The position numbers were made by a program, and so were the translations under genes. A DNA stretch of 64,000 bases. It comes from Perkinsus chesapeaki ATCC PRA-425. Its lineage: Eukaryota > Protista > Perkinsozoa. The DNA lies in the NCBI GenBank assembly GCA_013115145.1, contig JAAPAO010000097.1:15347-79346 (forward strand), given 5' to 3'. The notes under the pieces are model-generated. The model was not told where the DNA came from and did no database searches. It saw only the letters and a list, made by a program, of their open reading frames with translations. Of this stretch, positions 25,801 through 45,045 are shown one piece after another (position 1 is the first letter of the stretch; each line of letters begins with the position of its first letter).

Positions 25801-26743
25801 TATTACTATTTTATTAGTCAACAATTCGAAGGAACAGATGAGAAGGTACGTGTTATGAAGGGTGAGTAGGTGCCTAGTAGAGGCAGGATGAGATATATAA
25901 CATATCTTATTGCGCAAACCAATGAATATAAGTTATATAGTGCAGATAGGGCGCACAATAAATCAGCAAATTTGTCCGATTTTTTTTATCCGAAATTGCC
26001 TAACAGAGTTGGACGCTGATTTTTCAATACATTTTGAAAAGTCAAAATGCAATGTGTTCTTTTACCGTAGAAGCAATTTTACTAATAATTTAATATACTA
26101 ATTAATTAATAGTATTAATTTAATACTAGCTAATATAATATATATACTAACTATTTAATATTAATTTAATATAATATTGATAAATCATTTATCATAAATG
26201 GCTTCTTTTTTTACGTGATAAATAACGAATAAGAAGGAACTAGGGATATGCTATAGGTCGGTTGCTATGGAAGAGCACTTCTCACACGTAAATGCAGATT
26301 ATAACCGCTTAATTAATTTCAAGAACATATGCCTTATCATTTGATTTGCGAGAATGGCGCGAATTGTTAAACTGTAATATTGTTGTCCGGTACAGAAAAC
26401 GCTTTCATGAGAGAATTACAGTCATTAAATGACTTACCGTATTTGAAGGTTTACATTTTGTAAAAGCTAATGGAATATAAATATGAATAGTTTTAATTGA
26501 ACATATATAATATATATTATCATCATCTATATCTTATTATTGAATATTCATGATTTCTACTTTCATCGGACTGTTAGCCGTCCACTCTTACCTTCGGCAT
26601 CGGACTTCTTTCTGAGATGCACAATTTCCACTGTCATCACTTGTATTGTTAGCTGTCGGAACTTCTTCGATTTTGTCTCGGGAATTTCCACCGTCTACAT
26701 TTTCTTCACTTTTTTGAATCTCTGTTAATTCGCCGGGTTCCAT
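13803..26743 (-). CDS. DRC7: Dynein regulatory complex subunit 7 (CCDC135), many exons
   Basis: Recognisable DRC7 blocks: SYAANSKQEERLLQHAR|DFQARFSQTYGEERQLYLYPSNEIGVPKFLPTTLRP (about 24.5-24.85 kb), VLCSILIGAGYDAYCVAG (23.1-23.2 kb), VDILAPYL, KNDFRKRLLDRAAIIQKRL, AMFR|IQILEQRLARHE...DPRL, stop at 13803. The start at 26743 (MEPGELTE) is tentative. Confidence 0.85.
15172..15200 (-). pseudogene. tRNA 5'-half relic (Leu/Ser type) across a predicted DRC7 exon-intron junction
   Basis: AGCAGGT TG GCC GAGTGGTCAA GGC G. The 19-mer TGGCCGAGTGGTCAAGGCG is one base from the common Ser/Leu D-arm TGGCCGAGTGGTTAAGGCG. No 3' half found downstream. Confidence 0.6.
16873..16944 (+). tRNA. tRNA-Cys(GCA)
   Basis: Full cloverleaf GGGTGTA-TA-GCTC AGTGGTA GAGC-G-GCTGA CTGCAGA TCAGC-AGGTC-CTCGG TTCAAAT CCGGG-TACGCCC-T. 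Antisense inside a DRC7 intron of about 145 nt. Confidence 0.95.
21592..21663 (+). tRNA. tRNA-Asp(GTC)
   Basis: Cloverleaf TCCGCGG...CCTGC CTGTCAC GTAGG AGAC CCGGG TTCAATT TCCGG CCGCGGA A. D-loop reads AGAGG instead of the usual AGTGG. Antisense inside a DRC7 intron of about 130 nt. Confidence 0.9.
22891..23002. repeat. 39-bp tandem repeat, 3 copies, in a DRC7 intron
   Basis: TAATAACATGTCCCTAATAAGTACTAT... starts at 22891, 22930 and 22969. Confidence 0.9.
24969..25052. repeat. 25-bp tandem repeat, about 3 copies
   Basis: GTAGAAAATAAT(T/C)ATGATTTTTCCT at 24969, 24994 and 25019. Confidence 0.85.
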
Positions 26744-27062
26744 TATGAAAACACTCAAGAGCGGTTTTGCCACTCAAGGTAGTGAATTCAGCAAGCCTAC
26801 TCAAGTACGACGAAGTAAGTCTACTCGATGAGTCTGATGTTGAAGAAGTGATGTAGGGAAACACACGAGTGACGCCATAACTGTGGCGGTAGTAGTAGCG
26901 CTGAACCTGGATACGAAGGACTTTTTTTAATACGCAAATCATTTTTTCTATCGCTAAGTTCCGTAAGATAGAAGGCATGCAGCCCAACTGGCGGAGCTTC
27001 TATTAACGAACTCAAAACCAACATATACGAAAATCGCACAGGTTCGATTCCTGATACTCAAA

Positions 27063-30000
27063 TCATGCCCCCAGCGGTCTTGGCAGCCCACACTGTTTCC
27101 TATTGCACCGAGTTCGATGAGCATAGTTCAAATTGGAGCAAGCCGGACATCTAAAAATGGAAGCAACTAACCCTCGTCGACCGACATAGCTCTTACACCC
27201 AATTGCCAGCACCAGTGTCACGAGTACTTCGAGTGTTCGGAGCATGCGCTTTCGCTTCAACCTGAATCGTGCACACCATCCAAGCAGGCTGTGATAAGCT
27301 TACTCTCTAGTCAGTACTAGCACCACAACTCCTACATACGAGAATTCCCTGGGGAGCCCTCAAACTGGCACCTAGTCCTATCAGCTACAGTACGCGTAAT
27401 CTAGAGAGGTCTGAGCAGTTTCGACCTCTCTAGATTGCAGCGAACTGTACAGTGCTAGGTATTTTTCCTTGCCGTGTAAGTCCGTGGAGTATTTAAATGA
27501 TATATCTATGTTAGGAGAATTCCCATGTCAAATCTCAGGTTAATATGAGGAGCAGCAGCAGCAGTTAACAAGTTCCACACGAAATCGGTTCTTTAGATTG
27601 CGCGTACTGTGAATAAGCGACCGGGTCCCCTGGCCTGTGTGAATCTACTCACCTCTTCTCGCTGGCGTCCGCAACCTTTACCATTACACCTATCCCGACT
27701 GGGATAGTTCACATTACCACATACAGAGCAACGCCAGTTGCCATTTTCACCTAAATTTGCAACATCTTTAGTTCCATTCGGTGGTTTCAAGTCCTACCAG
27801 CCCGAGGCGGCCCGCTGTTTCTCGGTGTCCGAGAACCCAATTGCTCACCGGACAGGTTGGCCACCTGAAATGTTGAAATTGTTGCAAATCGGAATGTTTT
27901 CTTAACGTTTCTGCGCCAAACCACTGGCCCCTAGGATCAACTCGATTCCATGCAGGCTGGAATGCGATTAGACACATGAAGGTAAGAACTGATATCATGT
28001 TAATCCTTAGATATTCGGGTTAAGAGCAGCATCTAGAGTGCCTAGGAGGGAATTACCACTGGGGATGGGGAATTCAAGTAAAAGCGTAAACTCTTCGGAA
28101 ATGGGAGTTCTCAGTTAGTTTTTCCCACCGTATAGCCCCGATACACACAATCGCGCAAGTGAAACTGGTCTGAGGCCGTACGGTTAGTAAATTCTTCCAG
28201 ATTGATCGACTTTATTCAATCAAAGATCTCGAAAGCGAGAGCTTCACTGATCTCTCTCCCCCACGAAGAGATTCTCTTCACACTATATAAACATGTTTTA
28301 TTTTGTGAACGGAATAATTCGAATCACATACATTATCGGTCCGTGGTCTGCCGCATCTTCTATTATTGCATCTGGTTCGATTTGGGTAATTATCATTCCC
28401 ACAAGCGGGACAGGTCCAATTGTCTGAGGGACCACCGCCACCTGGGGATGCTCCTGATAACAGCAGAGATCTCTCAGAAGGTCTGCAAAATCACTAACCC
28501 TTACGGAAGTTGCCTTCAAAGAATGATTGCCCATGAGAGGGCGTCTGGTCACCCTGAATCAGGCTAATAAATCAGCGAAACTGATAATTTATTAGTAATA
28601 AATCAGTGAAGATATTTTTCGAAATTTTCTACAGGTTGTAGCAGACGAAGAATTCTTGCTGCTGGAAGTCTCTCAGTCGGAAATACAAGAAAAGTTTAGC
28701 TGGAACTTCTTTTATTGAGTTGTGCTCACTTCATCTCTTGGCCTTCCACACTCTTTCCTGTTACAGACCGTTCGATCAGGATAATTAATGTTGTTGCACC
28801 ATCGGCATGTCCAGTTACCACCTGATATTTCCGAATCAAGATTCGTAAAAATCGAAGAGTGAATTTTTGGTTTGGTGATATTACCATCCCCGGGACTGTC
28901 ATTGACAGGTCCCTTGAAAGGCAGTATCACATACAGGATACCCCCGAAAAAGGCTGATTCGATCGACAACTCTACAGTGCTATGGTATATGAACACGAAA
29001 ATATGATGTACAAAGAAGACATGTATAGTAGGAACTTCATCAGAGTTTGATTCTGTAGTTGACTCCATAGTTCGGAGAGAGTTCCGCGATTAGGACGGAA
29101 CAAGGCTTCAACAAGCGGCGTCATCCAACAAGCTTGTTTAGAGGCAATTGTTGCTACGAAAAGAATGCCTCATGAGGAACTCAACGGAACAGCGTATAAT
29201 GCAGGTGTCGGTCGCATTAAGCCTTCAAGCCACGTAGATCAGTCTCAAGCCAAGCAACCGCCACTGATTCGGAATCAGTGATTCCTCCGCGTTCAACCCC
29301 GTCGGCCTACCAACCAAACCGAGGGACGAAGCCTCAAAAGCTCTAAGGCTTCGGTAGCAGTACACCGTTCGGTCCATAGAACCAGCGGTCGCGATCCAAC
29401 AGATTTGTGAAAAACAACAAATTCGAGAGATGTGTTCCTCGAACAGACCCCGAATCCCGGATCAAGTTGCTACATCTCTCAGGAATGTAGCAACTTGCTA
29501 CGTTAAAAATGATCTGAACGTGCATCAGCGATGATTTACATCAGCGCATTATTCTTCCAGCGGACTGAGCGGCTGGTGCAGTGAGTAGCACAGCAACGGG
29601 GTGTTACCATATCATACGCAAGAGCCTATTAGAAGCCAATGTATAGCCCCGAATAGTAGTAGTGCCAGAGTAACACGCGTCACATGACTGCCCACAAACA
29701 CAGCAAATTGGGCAGCTTCTAGTTCTTGCCGCGCCTCTTTACGGGCGACGAAGTAGGATACAGTGGACGGCCGATATGACGTATAATATACCGTTGTGCA
29801 GTATAGCGGGAGCTTTTAAAACTGGCTTTATTCCTCAGATGAGAGCGAAACATTCAGATGGAATTTCTTTTGCCAAATACAACAAACTTACCAACAGGCA
29901 GTGGTGCGCGATTGTGTACTCGGTGTTGATAAGGGTGCGATGGTCCGCCAGAATTGAACGTGTCCGCATCCAAAGAGAAAAAGGATTTCCCTGAGAAGAA

Positions 30001-31690
30001 GGTTGCCATGAAATGCAACCTGACAGGGTCTCACCTTCTTGTACTTCGATTGGAGACCAGCACGGCATCTTTTGGGAATCTTCAGTGTGAGGGAATATCT
30101 TAGGTCGATGATGGTGAGAACTGAAGTTAAAGATATCCAAGTAGGCTTAGAACACAGAAGTATCTTAGTTACGTTAGAGTGCTACTAAAAACAGAAATTG
30201 CCCGCGCTGTAGCTGCTTCACCTATTCGAGGATTAGAACTACCGTAGAGAACTCTTGTAAATACTATCGTAAGCTAGAATAGTTCATCAAGTTCATCAGT
30301 TCATACCAGTTCATCAATCAATAGTTATAACAGACTCCGAATCTCCTAATTTGTTCCCCGGCTCATACCTTTGGTGAGAGGAAGGGAAATAGGAATTGCT
30401 CCTGTCTTGGCAACTTACATCAGGTCGAACACCCTGAAAAACGAAATCAGAAACTAGCAGTGTACCAAAAAATCCTTAGAGGAAAATTCGCCGATTTATT
30501 GCTCAATTCGTGCGCCGACCGTCGAAATTATAACGCCAAGCTAACACGGAATATGACACGCCCGATGCTGTCCAAAACCGATGAAATATTAATAGGTCTT
30601 CACTACGAAATCGGAGACCCAAGTTCACCTTGCTTGACAAAATTCCAGTCCATTCGACACAGTATTGGCCGTTATCTACAAATACCCGCTCTTTAACTTT
30701 CGACGAGCTCGCCAGACCGAGCCATGAAGTTTTCTAGCCGATTGGAGAACTAAGTGCAATCTTCAATGCTGGGAAAATCAAGGGTAATCTGGTGAGTTTT
30801 CGAAATAATTTCTTTCCCTTTGAAAACGTATACAATGTATACATATTGTAAAACGTATACATGTTGTACGCAATATGTCTGGCTGTTACATGGCAAAAAT
30901 TGAAAGGAAAATTCCTCGGGAAATTAATCATCATAGACTGGTAATTCGCGAAGGTATCCGGAAGAATATATAGAGTAATTACAATTTCAGTAACTGGGAT
31001 TTTTAAGCGAACGCCAGTTTCCTCCGCCCGCCAAAGCTGTTTCATTCCGACCAGCAACTTACTGAGCACGATTTAAAATAACATACTTCTCGATGAGGGA
31101 AATTAAATCCTCCACACTGGGGACATGACCAGGAACCCTCTTGGGGGGACTTACCTTCGATGGCGGTTGAGACTGAATACAGATAAGGTAGTAAAGAGAT
31201 TATTTTTGAGATGTCACATCTGTAATGGGAAGCTTGTCTCAAACCACTAAGGCGCGAGAGCCCGCCACACTTATAGTATCAACGAAATATTGGTTCTTCA
31301 TTTCTTCTAGCCAGTGGTGGATTCGAGATGCCCATTTCCCAATATATAATATTATAATGATTCACATTAGAGCTTAGAAAATTGGTGTGTGCGAAATGCC
31401 AAGTGACAAAAGCAGAAGACCACTTAGATTTTGAAAGTCAATTTCAAATTCGGAGCTCGACCCTGCCATCGCAGCAGAGCTCAAACTGTCCCATTGGGTA
31501 GCTTAAAGATATTTTAGCAATCACATTTTACGAAGATTCCCCTTCAAAATCACATATGAATTTTTTAATCATACTACTCACCGTAAAAATTATGGAAATT
31601 ATTTTTATAATTTAATTTTCCCCAGAGTCGACTTACCATCAGAATTCCTTCCGCGAATAGGTCCAATTTGAGTATTCAAAACAGTCGGCA
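27063..31690 (-). CDS. RanBP2-type zinc-finger protein with at least four fingers, multi-exon
   Basis: WSCPQCGGFNFPHREVCYFKSC (about 31.1 kb), WTCRWCNNINYPDRTVCNRKEC (28.8 kb), WRCSVCGNVNYPSRDRCNGKGC (27.7 kb), FRCPACSNLNYAHRTRCNRKQC (27.1 kb). ATG at 31690 is followed by a GTAAGT donor. The intervening exon structure is unresolved and could hide a second gene. Confidence 0.7.
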
Positions 31691-31756
31691 TAATTAATGA
31701 GATTCAATTCACATTCAAAATCAAAATATCTTGGGCGGAAACAATACTTTGAAAAA

Positions 31757-31791
31757 TGCCATTACTGGGATTCGAACCCGGGTATCTGCGG
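31757..31791 (-). pseudogene. tRNA-His-like 3'-half relic upstream of the zinc-finger gene
   Basis: CCGCAG ATAC CCGGG TTCGAAT CCCAG TAATGGC A then TTTTT. The CCGCAG..AC..GGTTCGAATCC..GT...GGCA pattern resembles eukaryotic tRNA-His 3' ends. No adjoining 5' half. Confidence 0.6.
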
Positions 31792-32168
31792 AATCGCTCT
31801 GTTTCCACATTCGAACATTCATATTCAATAAATGACTTTTTCTGACGGTTTTAATATCCATGGTGCCTTTCTAGGGAGTAATGGTATGGAAATACGCAAT
31901 ACCATTCTCAAAATGCTCAAAGTAAGCTGAAAAAATAAAATTTTACAAGTGCGCATTTAGCAACCGTTTGGCTGTTTTCCCTTTACAAGTGAATTGTGGC
32001 TTGTTACTATTCACAATTCGGTCGCCATTTATTATTTTCATACATACTGATCGCTCAGCGACTGTCAGTTTCGGATCGAAAATTAACCTTCTTATATTGA
32101 GCAGTTGCTATCTTGGCATTCGAGCGTGTTCTTGCACTTATATTGGGATCTAGGACAAGACCCCTCTG

Positions 32169-35071
32169 ATGAATGATCCATTTACCAATGTCAGGAAACG
32201 CCTGGTGGAGCTGCTGGAAGGGAACTGTTTTCGTTCTTCGATGGTATCGAACATGAGAATTGGATGTTGAAGTAGGCCAGCTTCACCTAATTGCAAGTTA
32301 GTGCCTTTTTAGGGCCAAACTGGAACGATTGTCGAGCTCTGGAGAGGGGCTCGTGAACTCGTTGAAAGACGCCGAGGAGCGAGCAAGTGAGCAGGAAGAG
32401 TTGGAATTTTTTCGACCTTCCTCAGCGGAGGTTTAATTCTCTTTACGATTTTCTCTAAAAATCTTAACTTGTCGATCTTCCTCTTTTCGATTTTTTGAAC
32501 GAATCACTTAGCGGAAGAATCAACTGTTTGATTTTTTCCATTCAAAAATGTCCAGTTCCAATAATGTTCTCAAAACGTTGAAGAAAAATGTCCAATGCGT
32601 CCAAGAATCTTTGCGCTCCCGTCAGACAGCCTGCAAAGTCAACTTGAAAAGATAGTAAATAAAGAATTGGAAACCATCGAAACGCAGACGGAGCCTTTGA
32701 AGCGGCGCGGAAGTGAGATAGAAGCGATACTGAAGGAGCGGATAGAAGGGATAGAGGGACAGTTGGCAGAGGAAAGGGAAAAGTAATAAAAAGGGAAACA
32801 TCCTAGAATAAAAATTGATTAAATAAATTTTCATAAGAAATGAAAAAATCACTATTCATTTTTTAATTATATATTATTTCTCCATAATTTTGATAAGCGT
32901 TACTTGTTTAGAGCGGTGAGGCTGACGGATGAAATTGAAAGGTTGCAGAAGGAATTGAAAAGTGCGGTGAGTCCTGGGTCATGGGGATGTGGCCGTGGGG
33001 TTGGGGGAAGGAATAAACGATATGACAAAGAATGATTGATGAACGTATTTATAAGAAACGGCTGAGAACTTTTCACGGCCTCAGATGAGTTCAAGACTAA
33101 AGACTTTTTCAATAGAAGTTCACAGTCATGCTCGGAGGTATATTCCGTGCGAGCAACGATGAACTAAGATTGAGAATATCAGGTTTACTTTGTGTAAAAA
33201 AAACAAGTATTGTTCAACTTTGATCACCCTATCGCCCTGAAATAGTCTCTCAATTGAGCAACAGGCAGTACGGCGTGATGCAGACATTGCCAATGTCCAT
33301 CAATGAGGAGCTTTTCTAGATGATTATTATTGGGCTCCTCCGTGATGGACGAGCCCACTAGTAATCCTCCACGGACGGTCGTCCATCAAGCTTCGTCTTT
33401 GTAGCCCTTCATGGCTCTGCGTGTTGAAGCGCACGCATGCTTTCTTTCTTGGGCCTTTTTCTTGGTAGGGCCGTAGGTGTACACGAGGTAAAGGTGTTTA
33501 TCACGTATTGAGAAACTGCTATGAGAAGGAGTGAATTTAATGACTCTTGTAGCTCTGGCCGTATGCCTCTGGTGACGTATTCTTTTGAAAAAATATCAAT
33601 TTTATCTCCGCGCTAGAAATATTTCCTTTCCGAGGGTAGATGAATCCTTGTGGAACACAATTGCTGTCCCTTTATTGATTGCACGCTGCAGGCTTCGGAG
33701 CGTCGGGAGCAAAAGTCAGCGGCGGAACTGAACAAGGAACTCGCGAAGGCCCAGCAGGGAGCGGACGAACTGCGCAGGAGAATAGGGAGAATGGAAAGAA
33801 CGATTGAAGAGGAAAAAGAGAAAGCGAAACGAATGGAAGAAGAATATCGAACGATGGTGGAGGGAATGCGGGGAGAAATTGAGAAGGCGAGTGGGAGGAT
33901 GAGGGAACTTGAAGAAGAGAATCATTTTAACACGCGTTTGATAGAAGACTTTAGAAGGCAGAACGGCGGGGCCGCGGTTGAGGCGGAGGAGGCGCGGAGA
34001 GCTGCGATCAGCTTGCAGGAGGAAAATGCTGGGTTGAGCGAGCAGCTTGAAATGGTTAAAAGAGAGCTCGAAGAGGAACGAGGGTTTAGGAGTAGAGTTG
34101 CAGAACTGGAGAGGGAGGCGGAGGAATCTTTGCGGAGGGAAGCGGAAATGGGAAGGAGAGTGGAGGAAGTGGAGGAGAGGTTGAGGGAAAGGGAGGAGGA
34201 AAATGCGAGGTTGAAGAGTGCATTTGATGATTTGAAAGATACTTCGAAGGTAGGGGAGGAAAACTGGGACAGAGTTGTACAACTGATGGAAGAGAATGAC
34301 AAGCTTGAAGCTGAACTTGCGAAAGTCCGTTCGGATTTGATTGTAGCTGTGGAAGCTTCGGCGAGCCAGGAGGAACTCGAAACGCCCGAGGTGGCCGAGA
34401 CTCGACCTGTGATGGTGGATAAGACTGTACAGGCAGCTTTCAGCGAAAAGCTTGTCACTGCGCCACGAAATGGAGAGACACGGGAGGCAGTTACGGCAGA
34501 TAAAGCAACGACGCGGCAGGTGAGAGAGGATGTCAGTAGAGTTGGCAAGACGCCGAGTACGGTAGCGGAGACTCGAGGTGAGGCATCTCGAAGAATGTCA
34601 ACACGAAGGACATCAACGAGGTCGTGCGAAGAGGAAGCTCGTCGAGAGCTGGCGAATGCACAGGCGCAAATAAGAAATTATAAGTATGAAGTTGAGCGGC
34701 TCACTGCGGCTCTGGAGCATTTGGAGGAGGCGGTTCGGAGCGGGAAAACGGAGAAGATTCGATTGGGCAGATTTGTGTCGCCTCGCACGAGAGGTGCGTC
34801 GAATGTGTGGATGAGACTTTACCTGGACGCAAGGGAGCGAGAGGAGCGACGCCTCGTCAGCCAGAAGGAATCCCGAGAGCAATTCTCGGAATGGTGGTTC
34901 CTATCGCACCACAGTTCAGATGAGGATTCGGACGGCTACATGTCCGAGTGGAGCCGAGGGGCTGCTGCTGGGCTGGCAGAAGGGTGGGTGACGAGGAACT
35001 ACGGGGATAACGGGTTTGCTGGTCAGGTCGCCTCGTGGACGAAAGATGCGGAAAAACCGCACGAAGTTTAG
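32169..35071 (+). CDS. Long coiled-coil protein, multi-exon
   Basis: Glu/Arg/Lys-rich heptad-like frames at 32595-32786, 32905-33030 and 33650-35071 on one strand with GT-AG junctions. The ATG at 32169 is tentative. Confidence 0.7.
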
Positions 35072-35685
35072 GAGTCGTTTGAAGGTGAGTGACTCGCTGA
35101 TTTCTGTTGAGTCATTCCTCTCCACTAGTCGCCTCGATCTCCAAAAGTTGTGCGGCCACCGAGCCTGCCGGATGCGAGCACTTGCGGGGAGCGGAGCCTG
35201 AGACACATACTAGAGAGCTTGCAGTCCTCGACGAGCGTGTTTGAGCCTTTGGATTCGTGAGAGAGCGGAGAGTGAATCGGTCGAATTTGAGTTGCCTTTT
35301 CAGGTTCATTTTAACACCGATGAACCGCGGGGTTCAGGAAGATTGCAAAAGATTCCCCGAGCGTTGTCCAGGGAGATGACATTATATCTCATGCTGTCAT
35401 ACCATTTATCAATATGTTGTTATCGCTGTTATATAAGCTGGTATTGAGTTAGCTCACTCGAAGGTGATTTCGGAATAAATTACACAACTGCCTCGGGGCT
35501 CCGTTAGGAATCAACGTTGCAAACTTTTTGGAAATATTTTAATTTAGGGTACATAGAGGTTGATCAGAATAAATTTCGCCAAGGAAAGTGCATCCGAACC
35601 TCCGCGGAACTATTTCTGCATAGGGTATGTATAAGCTTGCCAAATATGTACACCCCAAGACTTTCTAGAGTCCAATGATGAAATA

Positions 35686-35758
35686 TGCGGCCTGCGAGGA
35701 TCGAACTCGCGACCTTAGGATTATGAGACCTACGCGCTACCTACTGCGCCAAAGCCGC
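35686..35758 (-). tRNA. tRNA-Met(CAT), elongator type
   Basis: GCGGCTT TG GCGC AGTAGGTA GCGC G TAGGT CTCATAA TCCTA AGGTC GCGAG TTCGATC CTCGC AGGCCGC A. Its TTCG T-loop differs from the eukaryotic initiator pattern. Confidence 0.95.
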
Positions 35759-37013
35759 TGTGAAAATTCGATTCATCGTTCAATAGGCGGTCGTACATCT
35801 CTCTTCCCCTTGCTCGTGTTTATATACTCGCCGATTTTGGATTGGCGATTTGTATTTCATCGCAGTACTTGGTATGAGGTGAACGTACAACACGTTGGAG
35901 TAGGGCCCTATAGTGCATGGTGAATGTATACAGTAGAGTGGTCGTATTCATCGTTGAGAAATCGTAAGAATGCAAGATTCGGTGGCCTTGCGATTTGTCT
36001 GCTAGAAGGGGTTCGTTTTCATGTTCATTTTGCCTTTAGAATAATTTATAAGTATCATTAGGAGCTCGCTAATCGCTTCAGAGGAATATCTGACTGCTGT
36101 TAATAATTTGTGAAAGCTCAACCATAAATTCAACTTTTCGATTGTGTCCCGGAAGATGCCATTGACGTGAATGGATACTAGTAATTGATATCATTCAGTA
36201 TCACCTTGGTCTGTTGGTCAATGATTAATGTTTATATTCTATGTAGCATTTCGGGAATATGTGGTATTGCTTATTTTTATATATTATAATTATTAACGTA
36301 CACATTATCAATAGTTCACATTATTACATTTATAATAGGTTTCTATTTACCTATATATTATAAACACTTCGTAATGCTTGGTAATATATTCCTATTTTAT
36401 TGAAGCTCTACTAATGGTTGGATATAGCTCTCCTTCTTTTGTCGTTTAGATCGCCATTGATCAATCGGCCATTGTCCAACCGCCGGCTGTTCACTAATAA
36501 TAATCCTTTATAAACTAATAAAAGCATCCCCGCCTTGATTCCTTTATATTTCAAAGCCTAACAATATATTTTATACGGTATTCAGGACTTTTCTTTACTT
36601 TTTTTAAAGTAGCTTCTGATTCCCACTTGTTGGCTAGTATGAGTGAGCTCCATTATAATAACTCTTTAGTAACTAAGTAAACAGTTAATTGTTTAGTACC
36701 GTCCTATTATTGGTTTTCTCCTACGTACTGGTATAAGCGTTGTATTATATTTTCAATATAATAATCAATTTTTATTCATCAAGTGACCAAGTACTGCTAA
36801 GTCTACTAACTAGTCCAGTCTATCTATCAGAGATCGAATTATTATTACTAGATTCTATTAGTGTGCTTTAGTAAGCAGTAATAAGGTAACAAGCGATAGC
36901 TGAAATAATAATGATTGATAGAGTAAATAATGCATAACAAAGTCCTTGAGTACCGCGGTTATTCGTATTTTACGGTTTCTCTATCAGTTTGTCAGCAGTA
37001 GATTTCCTTCTGG

Positions 37014-44088
<7,075 letters not shown>

Positions 44089-44412
44089 TGATGCTATGGT
44101 AAAAATTGATTCCAGAATTTTCTTTGATGAGTTACGCTGTTTTAAAAGCCTGTGAGTCTCTGATTGATAATAAGTAGTTTATGACTTGCGTTTAGTGGGT
44201 GTTATAAATTGCATTATTACTCAGATGGTAGGGGGAGGGAAGTGGGCGGCGCGTTGCTTTTCGTTGGAGTGTATTATGATGAAATGTATATGTGCTATTT
44301 TGTACTATTGGATCACTTAAAGTTGATACTGGACTCTTTGTAGTAGAAGTAGTATAAGAAAAATCACTACTGATTATTTTTATTATACTATTGTTAAGTA
44401 CTGTTAGTTCTA

Positions 44413-45045
44413 TTGATTCCGGTATGTTTAATTATGGAGGGCTTTGCGGAAGGGATTGAAAGGCGGTCGATAAAGGGTAATACGGACTTTGGATCTACGG
44501 CCGAGAAACATATCGATTTCGCCGACTCTCAGATTTCTCGTCAGATATTTTTTTCAGAATCTTCGCCATCATATGTTGCGCTAGAAGATATCATAACGTC
44601 GAGCTCGAGGTTTCGGTCGTATCTTGAATTCTTGCATCACTTGCATTTCCTCAACGTCATATGGTTGGTATTTTCCTTGGGAATGCCGTTGGTGGTTTAT
44701 AAGTGGACGCCGCTGTCTAACCTGGTGAAATTATTTGTATGTATGATATCGATTACGATGGCGAGCGCTTTTTACATTCAATATGAGCTGGGTGTTGCTA
44801 GAGGATTCAGTGGTGATCGAAGCGAGGAGGGGATAGGGAGCTTCGTGGCGTTGTGTGTTTTACGGAGCGAATTGCCATTGGATAGTTTATTTGTGATGGT
44901 ATGTTATGAGGTGCACAGTGGGTTGGGAATGGCAGCGGGAGCGGGGATGGTGATGAGCTTGTTGGTGGGTAAGGTCGTGGGTTCGATTCCTGGGAGGGGT
45001 GTTTTTATTATATATCCTGTTGAAAAATTCATTGTATCGAATTGA
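44413..45045 (+). CDS. Hypothetical multi-pass membrane protein (part)
   Basis: 210-codon frame with several hydrophobic stretches (LNVIWLVFSLGMPLVVY, LVKLFVCMISITMASAFYI, LGMAAGAGMVMSLLVG). A probable donor G|GTAAGG lies at 44969. The gene may continue in 45891-46586. Confidence 0.5.
   Translation: MIPVCLIMEGFAEGIERRSIKGNTDFGSTAEKHIDFADSQISRQIFFSESSPSYVALEDIITSSSRFRSYLEFLHHLHFLNVIWLVFSLGMPLVVYKWTPLSNLVKLFVCMISITMASAFYIQYELGVARGFSGDRSEEGIGSFVALCVLRSELPLDSLFVMVCYEVHSGLGMAAGAGMVMSLLVGKVVGSIPGRGVFIIYPVEKFIVSN
44969..45001 (+). pseudogene. tRNA 3'-end relic beginning at a predicted 5' splice site
   Basis: GTA AGGTC GTGGG TTCGATT CCTGG GAGGGGT G then TTTTT. It shares CGTGGGTTCGA...GGAGGGGT with the 42668 relic. 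Confidence 0.6.
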
